This document shows positions 11,697-25,593 of a stretch of 64,000 nt of DNA, in pieces. The stretch comes from Octopus vulgaris. Lineage: Eukaryota. The stretch lies in NCBI GenBank assembly GCA_951406725.2, contig OX597817.1, positions 24,304,001-24,368,000 on the forward strand, in the 5' to 3' direction. Position numbers and translations under genes: made by a program. The notes under the pieces are model-generated. The model was not told the origin of the DNA. It saw nothing but the letters and a program-made list of their open reading frames with translations, and did not search any database. Position 1 is the first letter of the stretch. The number at the start of each line of letters is the position of its first letter.

Positions 11697-11928
11697 TATT
11701 TCTTTACTACCCACAAGGGGATAAACATAGAGAGGACAAACAAGGACAGACAAAGGGATTAAGTCGATTACATCGACCCCAGTGTGAAACTGGTACTTTA
11801 TTTATCGACCCCGAAAGGATGAAAGGCAAAGTCGACCTCGGCGGAATTTGAACTCAGAACGTAACGGCAGACGAAATACGGCTACGCATTTCACCCGGCA
11901 TGCTAACGTTTCTGCCAGTTCGCCGCCT
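11697..11928 (-). mobile_element. SINE family A
   Basis: TSD TCACAGAATCATATA on both sides. Confidence 0.9.
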
Positions 11929-11959
11929 TATTTCACAGAATCATATAACACCCCACCCT

Positions 11960-12165
11960 CAGCACCCACTACACTCTCTGAGTGGTTGGCATTAGGAAGG
12001 GCATCCAGCTGTAATGTAACTCTGATATTGTTGAGAAGATGATGTGTAAAAAGATTTTGGGGAAACAGTAAAGAATATGGTGTAGTAGGTGAAAAAATAT
12101 ATAATATTATAATCCCATCCAACCCATGCTAGCATGGAGAACGGACGTTAAACGATGATGATGAT
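11960..12165 (+). mobile_element. RTE 3' terminus, interrupted
   Basis: CACTACACTC...AGGAAGGGCATCCAGCTGT and CCAACCCATGCTAGCATGG...(GAT)n are separated by an unrelated ~100-bp segment. Confidence 0.75.
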
Positions 12166-13728
12166 AAAGACAGCTTCTAAATCAGCAGACAATTTACAAA
12201 ATTGAAAATTACTGGGAAAAGTTACGTATAAAATCTGAATAAAAGGCAGCTGAGCATGAATAAATATGTAAAAGAGGAAGGATTACATCAAAAGGAAAGA
12301 GGTTTAAAAAGGATTGTTAAAAAATCTATTAAAAACAAGTGGAGAGAATTCTACGGCAGAGAAAAAAATAGAAAACATTATTACAAAATAGAGAAAGGGT
12401 TATAATAGAAGGGGGGAAAAAAGGACTACTTTAAAAAAGGATTATATAAAAACTGTAGAATAAAAAGTTGTTTTACACTGGTTGACAGAAATCTGATAGC
12501 AGAGGTGAAAGTGTTAACAGTTCCTGAGTATTGTCAGAACGTGAAAATGATGGAAATAAAGTGTTGAAATGGTAATCCAGTGTTGAGGAGAGATGTAGGA
12601 ATGGTTAAGTGATTGGTTAATAAGATTTGTGAAATGTAATTCTAAGAAGAAATTGTCCCAGTGATGAACTTTATTATGTAGATGAAAATACATTTTGCTC
12701 AGCCACGTGGTCTGTAGAAAGAAAGAGTATAGCAGTGGTTTGGTGACACTGTATTACTGTGTGTATGTTTGTGTATGCAATGGTGTAGAATTTTCCTCTT
12801 TGTGTGTAAGTATGTCTGTTTGTATTTGTATGTGTATGTATGTTTGTGTGTGTGTGTGTACACGTAATGCAGTCACATACACATACTCAAATTCATTCTA
12901 GTATAATGATGATGCTAGTGTTTTCCCATGCCCATGATGGCCTTTTGAAATTTTTTTTATCAGAATCCATTCTGTTGCAAGAACTTCGGTCAAGTTTCTG
13001 GTTTGTTGTTATTTTCATTCTTCTTTCCCACTTGTTAGAGAAGTTCAGTACAGGACTATGAACTCTGCATTTCCTTCCTGACTAAGAGATAAAAAAATTG
13101 GACGGCTCAAAACTGGAGCATATTTGATTAACCATCTGCTCAATCACTGCTAAATTAGTGATAACTGACAGCAACAACAAAGATAACAACAAATTGCAGA
13201 AGCTGGAAATAAACATTGACAAAGGTTTTAGTCATCAGTCTGACACTCTTGGTTAAATAATAATTAGAAACACACACATTCACCAATATATAATGATACA
13301 ACTAGGAACTAATTTCTGTCAAATATAATGGTTCTGAGTTTATGGAATTCATTCTGTCTCTTAAATAGGAACACCTTATACTCTCCCTCTCTTTCTTTCT
13401 TTCTTTCTTTCTCACTTTTTCCTTCTCCTTCAACCCTCTTTTTCTATGTCCTCATTTTATTTTTTGCTTTGTATTTTTCATCATCATTAACTTCATAATC
13501 TTCTTCATAATCTCCATCATCTTCTTCATTTTCTTTTTCGCTCCTCTTCATCATCATCATCTTCTTCATCTTTTTATTTGTCTTTTTCACATCATCTTTT
13601 TTCTCTCCTCCTCCTTCTCTTCCCCCTCCTCTACAATATTGATATTAACTGAACACTTTATTATGAAGTTCTTGTTGGCTATAAACTGCTGGAGAAGAAA
13701 ATTGCAAGGAATCATTTCAATAGCTGGA

Positions 13729-13912
13729 GTAAGTTTATATCTAAGCAGGTCTCAACAGCACCTACTCATCGGAGGAAAAGCTATATAACACACAGTGGTT
13801 GTACACTTCCTCTCACCCCTATTGTAGTGGGAATTCATTTCATTGTTATTACCATTTCTTCTCACCATTTTTTCTTTTTTTTTTTTTCTTTTTTCTGTGC
13901 ACTGCTATTCAG
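13729..13912 (+). other. Candidate spliceosomal intron (184 nt) of a + strand host transcript
   Basis: Donor GGA|GTAAGT, branch-like CTCAC at 13861, long poly-T tract, acceptor TTCAG|. Confidence 0.5.
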
Positions 13913-14816
13913 ATATTCACCCGAGCAGCTGTACGCCATGATCAGCATTATGAATTAACCTGGGATGAAGACAAATTCTTAAACAAGCAACGAGGAAGAA
14001 GGAAGATGGAAGAGAAAGAATGAAAGGGATAAAGGGAGAGAAAGAGAGAGAGAGAAAGAATGGTTTATTATTTCTGCATCAATAACATATGTAAGAAGGT
14101 TAACAGTGCACCTGGTTGAGCAGAAAAACCATAATTCAGGAGCTGACCCGAGAGGGGAAGAAATTCTTGAGAGATGCACACATTTCCCATTCGTTATAAT
14201 TATAAATGGTTTTAAGTTTTGAAAACTGAATAATATGACTGCCACGGTGATTTGTTCTTTTATGGAAGTGGCAGTGGTGATGGGGAAGGTCAGTCTATAT
14301 GTGTTTCTGTGTATGCATGCATAAATGTGCATACACACTTATACATTAATTTGCACTAACATATATTGTGTGTGTGTGTGCGTGCAAGGTGTGTTTGTAC
14401 ATATTCATATTTAATCCTATAATCATACAACACAACACATTAAATAACCACCTATATATACACACATATCCAATTCACAGACATTTTTATTATATATATA
14501 TATACGTATGTGAACAAATTTTTGTAGTCATACAGTTTTACGTAAATGTATATATTTAATGCTTATATATATATATATATATATACACATATATATGCAC
14601 ACATTTATATGCATACATATATATATATGCATATATGTATATATATGCATACACACATGCATATATTCATATATATTTATGCATATTTTTTCTGTTTATA
14701 TGTATATTCAAACATATATGCATATCTATATAAGTATGTATATATATATATATATATATACACACACAAATTTGTCTGTTTGTCTGTCTCTCTCCCACTC
14801 ATTCTCTTTCTCTCTC

Positions 14817-14856
<40 letters not shown>

Positions 14857-15630
14857 CGTGCACACATACATTTATATATGAATATGTGTGTATATAAAAT
14901 ATGTGTGTCTCTATACACTAAGTTTTGTTGGATAATAAATTTAATATCACTGTTCTCTCTGATAGTTTAAATAGGTTTGAGTGTGTGTTTGGCTGTATGT
15001 GTTTGTGTGTGTGTGTGTGTGTGTGTGCATGTGCATACTTGTTAGTGTGTACTTTTGTGAGCAGGTGTATATATATATGTGTCTGTATCTGAGCATCTGT
15101 GTGTTCTTTAACTCAAGGTAGTATGTCTCTTTTATATGTTTGTGTGTATGTACGAGGAAGTGAGAGGGCGGTGGGTATGTATGTGTGCATGCTTATGCGT
15201 GGAGGGAACTAGTTGAAGACCATGTCTATGTAATTAATCTTATTGAAGTCAATGTATTGGTACAGACTTCATGTCTTTGGCTTTGAGAACAAGTGCTGAA
15301 TGCACGGCAGTTTATTTATGAAAGTGATGCTTTAATGTAATCAATATAATCAGAACAGGCTTCCAATCTGTGATGTGAAGATATATGACTTTGATGGAGG
15401 TGGATGGAAGTGGCTACAACGAACTTGCCTTTAGCTGCTGCTAGTGAATAAATGACCATGATGATATGAGTGTGGATGACGGGGGTAAATATAATGGTTG
15501 AATTAAAAGACAAGAGACAAATCACAGGAAAAGGATATATATTTATATATATATATATACATACATATATGTATATATATGTGTGTGTGTGTGTGTATGT
15601 ATATGGATATATCTACGTATATATATATAT

Positions 15631-15897
15631 CGTCGCCTTGGCTGGCTTCCGTGCTGGTGGCACGTTAAAAGCACCAACCGATCGTGGCCGATGCCAGACA
15701 CCCCTGGCACCTGTGCAGGTGGCACGTAAAAAGCACCCACTACACTCGTGGAGTGGTTGGCGTTAGGAAGGGCATCCAGCTGTAGAAACACTGCCAGATC
15801 AGACTGGAGCCTGGTGCAGCCCCTGGCTTCCCAGACCACGGTCGAACTGTCCAACCCATGCTAGTGCGGAAAACGGACGTTAAACGATGATGATGAT
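15631..15897 (+). mobile_element. 5'-truncated RTE 3'UTR inserted in (TA)n
   Basis: Two GGCACGT(T)AAAAGCACC units, the conserved end and (GAT)n. (TA)n on both flanks. Confidence 0.88.
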
Positions 15898-16762
15898 ATA
15901 TATATATATATGTATTTATTCTTATATTCTTGTAAGCATTTCAGCTGTAAGGTTCTGGCCATGCTGGGTTACTGAAAATATTATATTTTCAATAGCTGTT
16001 CTTTGGTGATTAGTTTTTGGTGAAAGAGGGAGTTCAATATTGCTACCCTCTTTTGAATATTTTGGTGTGATGTAGATTCATCTGGGACTTTGGACAGCAG
16101 GAGGTCAAAATGTTTTCTCTAAAACATCTACCCCTACACAGTGCAGATCTCTCTGATGTTTTAGCGATAGCCGAGAATTCACTAGTGCTGGTGCCAATTA
16201 AAAAGTATGCAGCATACTATACTTGTCTCAGAGATTGGTGCTCCTTTTGGTTCAATGTATCTTTGTTGCAACATGTTAGTGCAAGCTGGCTGATAGTGAA
16301 GGGCTTGGAATTTTCCTGCACTAAATTCCTTGTTTTCTTCGTTGTATTTATATATAGCATCTAGGTCATTCTCATTCTACTTGAGGATTATGTCAAGGGT
16401 AATTGTGTCTATGGAATAGTCCATCATTTACATATTCATACAATGAGTCTGCTGGTCAGTTGATCGAACAACTGGAATACACATCATCAAAACTGATGAT
16501 AGATGCTTAATTTCAATCTTCATTTCATATATATATACATGCATATATCAGAAACACGCATACATGTATGTACCTCTCTCTCTCTCGTATAGTGGTAATA
16601 TAGTAGGGTTGCAGTTGTAACAATTATCAATCAGTGCAGTTGAGACATGTGTTGGACTATGTGAAGCTGTATATATATAAGAAGAATTAAAGGTAATGCT
16701 ATGCCACTTCATAATAATCTTTATCATTATTGCGTGTATATATATATGTATGTGTGTGTGTA

Positions 16763-16802
<40 letters not shown>

Positions 16803-16805
16803 CAT

Positions 16806-16841
<36 letters not shown>

Positions 16842-16980
16842 TTACAGAGAGAGAGAGACTGGTCCAGTCTTCTGGCTCTCCAGTCCTCAAACCGTCCAAC
16901 CCATGCCAGCTTGGAAAGCACACATTAAATGATGCCAATGACATATATATATACATATATATATATGTGTGAAATAGTGT

Positions 16981-17180
16981 ACAAGAGAAGCGACGTTTAA
17001 CAGGCAGCTTTACCCGCTAAAAGAAGCGGTCAAAATGACCAAAACCTTATTTAAGAGCAATTTTGAAGGGAATGAAAAATAACAACTTCCCTTCAAAATT
17101 GCTCTTAAATGTGGTTTTGGTCATTTTGACTGCTTCTTTTAGCGTGTACAGCTGCCTGTCAAAGGTCACTTCTCTCGTGT
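16981..17180. repeat. Long hairpin / fold-back (~92-bp arms, ~14-nt loop)
   Basis: GCTAAAAGAAGCGGTCAAAATGACCAAAACC..ATTTAAGAGCAATTTTGAAGGGAA pairs with TTCCCTTCAAAATTGCTCTTAAAT..GGTTTTGGTCATTTTGACTGCTTCTTTTAGC. Confidence 0.9.
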
Positions 17181-18260
17181 TTAAATGTACACTATTTTAT
17201 ATTGAGAATATGTTGTCTATTGACTTTTTATACATGCTAGGCCACTGGTAGTGAAATTTCTATAAGTATTTGCTACCCTATATATTTTACATATATATAC
17301 ATATATATAGACACATACACAATCATACACAATTGACTCTTTAATTTTTTGTGATTATGACCACCTTTGTCTTAAGGTGAACACTGATAAAAAGTTCCTT
17401 CAATTTTTGAAACATTCATTTATTGAGTCTTTGTTTTTAAATAATTCTGTTTTTGATTTTTGTCTGATCATTTCTAGACACAAACCATTGCAGTTTATCT
17501 AAACTTTGCAACCAATAACTCCTTCTTCTTCATTAATGTTTCACCTTACACTCTGTGGAAATATGTAATAGTAGTTTTTGAGATTATCCAATAGTGGGAT
17601 TATTTATCAGTTTATGCAGTTTATATACTCAAAACGTAAAAAGACTTTTTCACTTTCCTGAGGGTCAAATTAATACACCTGCATGTTGTTCATACACCTG
17701 TCTTCGTCTTTTGTTATTCTATAAGTTTCAACTATACATGAATTCCTTGAGACCACATACACACTTCATTACCATCTTCGTTTAACATCTGTTTTCCATG
17801 CTGGTATGTGTTGGAAGATTTGAGAGGAACAGGCAAACCAAAGGACTGTGTCATGCTCTATCGTCTGCTTCGGTATAACATATGTGGTTGAATGCCCTTC
17901 TTGACACCAAACACTTTACAGAGCATACTGGATGCTTTGTACTTGGGACCAGCACCAATGTGTGCGTGTATGAAAAGGGAATTCATAAAATAATTGGGTA
18001 AAGGCATTTTTCATCAATTTCAGTGATGTGTACTGTAATTGCTCAGTAATTGAGTAATTGATCTACACATTAGTGGCTGAGTATTCCTCATAAACATGTA
18101 CCATTAAATCTATCCAAGTAGAATCAAAATGATTTAGTATGAGACATGATTTACCCTTTGAAATGCAGCTATAGTCTACAGTTTCAAAATTTGAATCACA
18201 TCAAGACTATTACAAGAGATACTTGCACTATATGCCATTCAGTAGCATAAAAACTCACTA

Positions 18261-18648
18261 TATGGAAGCACTCCGTCGGTTACGACGATGAGGGTTCCGG
18301 TTGATCCGAATCAACGGAACAGCCTGCTTGTGAAATTAATGTGTAAGTGGCTGAGCACTCCACAGACATGTGTACCCTTAACGTAGTTCTCGGGGATATT
18401 CATCGTGACACAGAGAGTGACAAAGCCGGCCCTTTGAAATACAGGTACAACAGAAACAGGAAGTAAGAGTGAGAGAAAGTTGTGGTGAAATAGTACAGCA
18501 GGGATCACCACCATCCCCTGCCAGAGCCTCGTGGAGCTTTTAGGTGTTTTCGCTCAATAAACACTCACAACGCCCGGTCTGGGAATCGAAACAGCGATCC
18601 TATGACCGCGAGTCCGCTGCCCTAACCACTGGGCCATTGCACCTCCAC
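18261..18648 (-). mobile_element. SINE family C (tRNA-derived head), full length
   Basis: Head GTGGAGGTGCAATGGCCCAGTGGTTAGGGCAGCGGACTCGCGG...GTTTCGATTCC. 13-bp TSD TAAAAACTCACTA. A head fragment also lies at 37538-37619. Confidence 0.9.
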
Positions 18649-18850
18649 TAAAAACTCACTACATCATGATGGTAAAATAGAAGTTCCTAACTACTCAGTA
18701 ATACGCAAATCTGTTCCTCTGTCGATTTTTAATCCCATGCCCTCCATGCAACTGTACACATAATCATTAGCACTGATGGCTATATTGCTCTATATCTGTG
18801 TCAGTCATGGATAAAATATGACTTACAAGACTTTCTGAATGGCTTCATTG

Positions 18851-19012
18851 TCATCATCATCATCATCATCATCATCATCACAATCATTTAGCCCCTGCTT
18901 TTCATGCTGGCATGGGTTAGATGGTTTGACCAAAACAGGCAAGCTGGAGAGCTGCACCAAGTTCCAGTCTGATTCGGCATGGTTTCTATGGCTGGATGCC
19001 CATCCTAACACC
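18851..19012 (-). mobile_element. RTE 3' terminus
   Basis: (CAT)n followed by CATGCTGGCATGGGTT...GCTGGATGCCC. Confidence 0.8.
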
Positions 19013-20111
19013 AAAACTCATCAAACTTAAAATTACCTCGAAAATTTTTATCAGTGCAGCCCACTTATTAACAAGTTATGTCTGATGTTGCCTGTTTCTT
19101 AATAAAGGTTGCCCTTGCCTGATCTGTGTCATCGTCCAGAAAGCTGGGATTGGGGCAAGTGGGAGAAACTGACCATTTTGTATTCTATAAATGGAATGGT
19201 GAAAATATATAACACATTTTGAAATTCATGATGTAACTCTATCAGTATTTATTTATTTATTTGCTTGTTAACTAAATTACTGTGACAGAGCTTTGTTTCT
19301 TAATGAGAAACAAGACACCTTTTCTTTTGCCACATGAATTCAAAGTTGAAAAAGAAAGAGACAAACATACATTCCCATTAATAGAGGAGTTATTTCACAA
19401 GAAATGTCCCAGGTTGTTATAATCAATAGCATCGGCGGTTATTTTACTTGCATTAAGATTTTGTTGCAATTTGTTTTCTAAGAGCTGATTTGATTATTCT
19501 TTAAGTAAACTTTAAAAATAAGATTACAAAAATAAAATTACTGAATCTATAGGGAAAAATAAATAACATTTAGCTACTTAATATTTTACAAACACACACA
19601 CATAGATACACACTCATACTCACACACACACATACACACACACACATGCTCACACACACACACATATGCATAAACACACTTACACATAGACACACTCATT
19701 TTTTCTTTTTCTTTCGCTATTGGAATCTGGTTGTTAAAATGTTTTCGTTAAGTATAAGATTGAATGTGAAGAACATCATACTAGAAGCATGTACTACAGC
19801 ATGCTTCTTATGTCAGTAGACAACTTACATTGTGTATTTATGTGGGAGAAGTGGATGGATACACATCAGAGTGTGTATGTGTGTGTGTATGCACATGTGT
19901 GTATTGTATCTGTATGTAATGTGTTTGTGTGTGTGTACATGCATATGAACCATCTACAATGAGGTAATCACTCTTCTGAGAATCTGATTTACATAAAAGG
20001 GTCATGTTCTATAAATATAAAGTACGAAAAGTTAGTAATGAAAAGTATAATGTAGGAAAAGTTAGTACACAATAGTTAGTACATTCATCCAGTCAGTGTT
20101 AAGAGATATAA

Positions 20112-20560
20112 GGCAGTGGGAAGCTGGCAGAATCTTTAGCACGCCAGGTGAAATGCTTAGCGGTATTTCATCCTTCTGGCAGCAAGCTGGCAGAAACGTT
20201 AGCATGCCGGGAGAAATGCGTAGCCGTTTTTCATCTGTCGTTACGTTCTCAGTTCAAATTTCGCCGAGGTCGATTTTGCCTTTCATCCTTTCGGGGTCGA
20301 TTAAATAAGTACCAGTTACGCACTGGGGTCGATATAATCGACTTAATCAGTTTGTCTGTCCTTGTTTGTCTCCTCTGTGTTTAGCCCCTTGTGGGTACTA
20401 AAGAAATAGGTATTTCACCCTTCTTTATATTCTGAGTTTGATTTTATCTTTCATCATTTCGGGGTTGATAAATTAAGTACCAATTGAGTACTGGGATCGA
20501 TGTGATTGACTTACCAACTTCCCCAAAATGTCAGGCCTTGTGCCTTTAGTAGAAAGTATT
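20112..20560 (+). mobile_element. SINE family A (20178-20408) nested in an older related SINE
   Basis: Duplicated target GGTATTTCA(T/C)CCTTCT at ~20162 and ~20409. The outer element resumes with its own core. Confidence 0.8.
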
Positions 20561-20674
20561 ATTAAGAGATGCATGCATTGTGTTCTGCATGAAACTTAGG
20601 CTTTGTTTTATTTTTAGAATACATTTTTAAAAATAATAAATCTCTGAACGAGCTATAAACAGTAGCTGCACGAC

Positions 20675-20925
20675 AATGTAAAGTATATCTGCCACTTAAA
20701 TGTGGCTAACCACGAAGGGTAGATGCTACTACTGTAGCTTGTAGCCCAGGAGAAAGTCTTCTTCAGCTGGCTATTGACACACTTTCTGTGCCCAATCAGT
20801 GTTTGCAAAGGGCACAGAAAGTGTTTCAATAGCCAGCTGAAGAAGATGTTCTCCGGGGCTACAAGCTACAGAAGCATTCACCCTTAGTGGTTAGCCACAT
20901 TTAAATGGAAGATATACTTCACATT
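20675..20925. mobile_element. Palindromic MITE / fold-back (~115-bp arms)
   Basis: TTAAATGTGGCTAACCAC..TGTAGCTTGTAGCCC..TCTTCTTCAGCTGGCTATTGA.ACACTTTCTGTGCCC and its reverse complement. Partly similar to the arms at 55117-55571. Confidence 0.88.
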
Positions 20926-21059
20926 TTTTAAAATGCTTGATGAGAATTAATGTTATTCATAAAACCTTATATTTTCAATACAGAGAGCCAAATAATTAAG
21001 TTAGGCCTGCATAAATCACTTTTAGTTTCTATTATGAGTTAATAACTCATTCAATAAGT

Positions 21060-22440
21060 ATAGATTAATATCTTTATTCTGGTTATGAGAAGATTAACCG
21101 AAATGAAATGCAATTCGGGTTTATGCCAAAACAACATACCAACAATAATTTCTTCATAGTAAGACAACTACACCCAAAATATTAGCCAACAGAAAGCCAC
21201 CCTACTTAGCATTGTTGACTTAGGGAAGGCTTTGACAGATTTCCATGCCCAGTAGTCTAGAAGCTGCAAAGAAATTCAGGGCTACACAAACAGCTTGTGA
21301 GAACTACACTAATACTGTACATAAGTGTAATCAGCAAGAGTTGACAATGAATTTAGCAAGGAATTTAATAAGCAGGCTGGTTTACATCAGAACTCAGAAC
21401 TCTTTTGATTATTATTCTCCAGACCATTATAGAGGATTTCAAGACCTGTTGACTGTACAAACTCCTGTATCATATAGCCAAATTGTTCAAAGATTTAGTT
21501 TATAAATTCCTATCTTGGAACAAAACCTGTTGCCAAGAAGTCTCAAAGTGAATCTAGCAAAAAGGTTTTAGCTAACAGAAAAGAAGACATAAGTCTGTTA
21601 TAATCAGGAAAGTAGTATTGATCAGTATTCAGAAAAAAAGAGAGGCAGTAGTTCCATACAGTATAGCTATTGTAAACAATCTGCACTGAAGAAATGAAGA
21701 GGCATCAGAAGTAAGCTGACTAGGATTGTAGATTTCATATTTGTCAGATGTACAAAAGCCAGCAGTCTAAGTATATCATCATCTCCATCATCATTTAACA
21801 CCCACTACTTGCAAGGTTACATAGCAATAGATGATAGGTTTTGTTCCTTAGGTAAGGTATTTAGTAGGGAAGGTAGGTGTCTCAAATCTGGTTACCAGAT
21901 TGAGAGCTGGTGGAGAGGAACCAAGGGAGTTTTTACCATTGCAAACTATGAAATATTTCGTTTTCGGATTTGGTTTACAAGATTCTTTATATGAGTTCGT
22001 GTGTTGAAGCATATTCTGTTGTGTCTGGGGAGAGTCATTTTCTTTTTATGTCTTATAAGGTAACACACTCACTGGTAAAATTTCCACTTAGGAAATAAAA
22101 ATATTTAAAAAAATAAAAATAAGAAATAGGTGGAAATTTTACCAGTGAGTGTGTTACATTATAAGACACAAAAAGAAAATGACTCTCCTCAGACACAACA
22201 AACTATGAAATGTTTCTTGCTTAATGGAAATACTGTTCGTATGGTGCTTTTGCATGAAGTGTAATGCTGCATGGCAACAATACATAAACTTTGACTCCAG
22301 AGAATTTGTCAAAATTAGAAAGAAGTGTGGTAGTCATGTTCTACTATATGTCTAGCATGTATTTGAGTGAAAACTTTGACATAAATAGTATGAGAGAGGA
22401 AAGACTGTGGTGCTGATATGTTTGGTAGATGTCAGTAGTA
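21060..22440 (+). pseudogene. Highly decayed RTE LINE reverse-transcriptase region
   Basis: NEMQFGFMP...FFIVRQL and (F)VDL.KAFDR remnants, with later MLHGN..-like motifs. Many frameshifts. Interrupted at 21955-22198. Confidence 0.7.
21955..22198. mobile_element. Fold-back element family F, copy 2
   Basis: Same arms as 7666-7917. 13-bp TSD CAAACTATGAAAT at 21942-21954 and 22199-22211. Confidence 0.82.
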
Positions 22441-25400
22441 CAAAAGGTTAGATGCAAGAAAGAATTTGGTAGATAGAAACTGAAAGAAGCCTATCATGTA
22501 TGGGTCTGTGTGACTGCATGTGAAACTAGGCTGAGTAACAGTTACAAATGGTGATGTTATCCTTTAGGGTTGAGCAGTAACAAGTTGAAAATTTGTTGAC
22601 ATTTCCTATAAAAAATTGTTTGCTAGCTCTGCACTTTTGAATTCTTTTACTCTTTATTGTAAAACCAGGTAATGGTGGAAACTGGAAAAGTATTCAGCTG
22701 TAAAAAATCCTGCTTTATCCTCCACCAATCTAACTTACTTACTTGTAATTGTGATGGCGTTCACCCAGGGCGGGTTGAGCTGGCTTCTTCTGATTCATAG
22801 AAGAAGTTTCGTGGGAATATTGAATTCACAAGCGGTCCACCTATCTAAGCTACAATAGTATAGAAAAACAGGCATTGGCCAGTGGCAGTGATGCATAAAA
22901 GGCACTTCTGCTGGTGACAGGTAAAACTCTTGGAAGTTGGCATCAGGAAGGGCATCCAGCCATGGAAACAAGGCCAAAACAGACTGGCGCCTAATGTAGC
23001 TCTCCAGCTTATCAGTTCCAATAAAACCTTCTAACCCATGGCAGTATGGAAAATGGACACTGGATGATGAGGATAATGATGATGTGTGTGCATGTGCGTG
23101 TGTGCACGTGCATTATTCGAATAAATTCAGTTTATGCTTCATCTCTGGTTTACGGTGAAAAACTGTTCGATATTAGAGAATAACCAAAAGTTCTAAAGTG
23201 AAATAATTACTCATCCACATCACCTTCCTCATCATCATCGCCTTAACATCCACTTATTCATGTTTATAAGGAATGAGTGGAATTTACTTATGGATCTCTC
23301 ACCTGTTTTCCTGCAAGATAATATTTCTCGATGTTCAGGCATGTTTTCACAGAATATTAGAAATGCATAGTACTGATGCATAACAGTGACAACCATTTGC
23401 AGCTATCATGTGATGTCAAGACAAGGAAACATAAACATAAATCCATTCATAGACACACACACATACACACCAGGGTTCTTTTAGTTTACATGTAACGTAT
23501 CAACTCATAAGTCATTGGTTGGCAAAAAGCTTTAAGTGGAAGATACTTAGCCAAGGTGGCATGCAGTTGCCCCTTAGATAGTAGCCTGGTTTGAAATTTA
23601 GTTTTTAAATGCATTTTCAATCAAGAATTACTCTGAGTATATAACTATATATCTTCAGTGCAGAATCACATAGAAATGTAAGTACAGTGTTGATGTTATC
23701 GCATATATATATATATGACATTTCATTTGATTAGCCACTAAAACGAAAAGTGAGCCCAGTTTTTGCCACTAGTTCTTTTTAACTTATATTGACTCAAGGA
23801 GATTGTAAAACCCCATAGGGTTTTGGCTAAATTCATCTTCCCATTTTCAGTTTTTTTTTGCCTTTTGAGGAAAGTACTGAACCATAACAACCTTAACTCA
23901 GTCTACCAAGGTGAAACAATGGTGAATCACAGTGGTAGAATAAACTGCCGAACTAATTAAATTACAACTAATTGAGCTTGGATTTTGCTAAGATTCATTG
24001 CCTTACTTGCATTCAAAAGGTTAGTGCTAATATTGTTAATACAGGATATAAAATTTATATTTCAGAATATTAAGGGATTCATATTATCAGGTACTCAGAT
24101 ATACATTGCTTTGGGCCCTCAACTCCCTGATGAACTCATAGGAATTTCATCATGATATACAGTGCAAGTAACATTTTTAGACCTGGCAGAACACCTAGCA
24201 TTTGCCAGGTGCAATGGCAGCTGATTTCTCTGTAAAAGACTGATAGAAAGAAAGAGTGGCAGAAAATAATGGATCACAGTGCAAGACTGATACTTTATTT
24301 ATCAACTCCAAAAGAATAAAAGGCAAAGTTGACCTCAGTAGCATTTGAACTTGAAACGCAAAGAGCCAACATGATTACAACAAAACAATTTGTCTGATTC
24401 TCTAACAATTCTGTCAACTGGAAGTCAACTCAGGAGGAATAAGTATGCATACTATTGTTGACAATAACCTTTCCTATGATGAAAGGAATTAGCCAAAAGC
24501 ATTCACTTGAATAGACAATTATTCTCAACTATTCTTCACTGAAAGCCCAAAGAATATTTCACTTGTGTATTATATCATTGAAGTGAAATGATGTATTGAT
24601 GTGGTTGAGACCTGACAAAACTATAACACTTTCCTTAAAAGCAATAATGATGAAAGTGTGAAATTAGAAAGGAAGGAAGAAATGGAAAGACAGAGTGAGG
24701 AGGAGGAAAATTGTGACAGTGGTTACATAATACATTCTTTAGAAGTTGGGTTTCTGTGTTGCAGGCTTTTCAGTGAATCAGAAGGATTTGCATTGTATTA
24801 TTCTATGTTTTACTTTCTCTAGACTAATGGATCCTAACAATACACTAGTTAGTGATACTGACAATAATGCTAAATGGCTCCTCCAACTGCTGAGGCTCAT
24901 AAGCTGGTGTTTAGCAACAGATTCAAGTAGCAATAAGTAGGCAGATGAAATTTTTGCCCTGGATAATTTGGTAATCAATTGTTATTAATATTCCCTCTTT
25001 GGCACAGTTAAGAGAACTATGGGCATGAAAGGTTAATTGTGCTGCCTAGAGGGATATCAAAATACTCGCAGGAATCAGTAATCTAATATCTGAAGTATTT
25101 AACCATTTCACTCTGACATGAGAAATCCCACGATAGATTATTATTGTATCCTGAACAGTAAATGCGCTGAGCTCTTGGAGAAGACTGCTGTTTTCAAAGT
25201 GAAATCATCATAGCGCTATGGCACCACTTTAAGACTTCATCTATCTTCTTGTTTTGTATCGAAGAGGATTTAACATAACTGTCTAGTACATATCTATCAT
25301 GGTTGTGGGGTTAAGAATTTTGCTTAATATCCATTAAGAACCATTTTCAGTCCTAATATGTGGCACTTTGGCTAAGTGTCTTCTTCCATAATCTCATTTT

Positions 25401-25453
25401 GATGTATTCTTATTAGGAGTGAAATTCAACAGGAAGCTCATCGTTATATATAC

Positions 25454-25484
<31 letters not shown>

Positions 25485-25509
25485 AGCTCATCGTTATATA
25501 TACATATGA

Positions 25510-25547
<38 letters not shown>

Positions 25548-25593
25548 GTATGTATACATATATATACATATACAAAGATATATATATATACAT

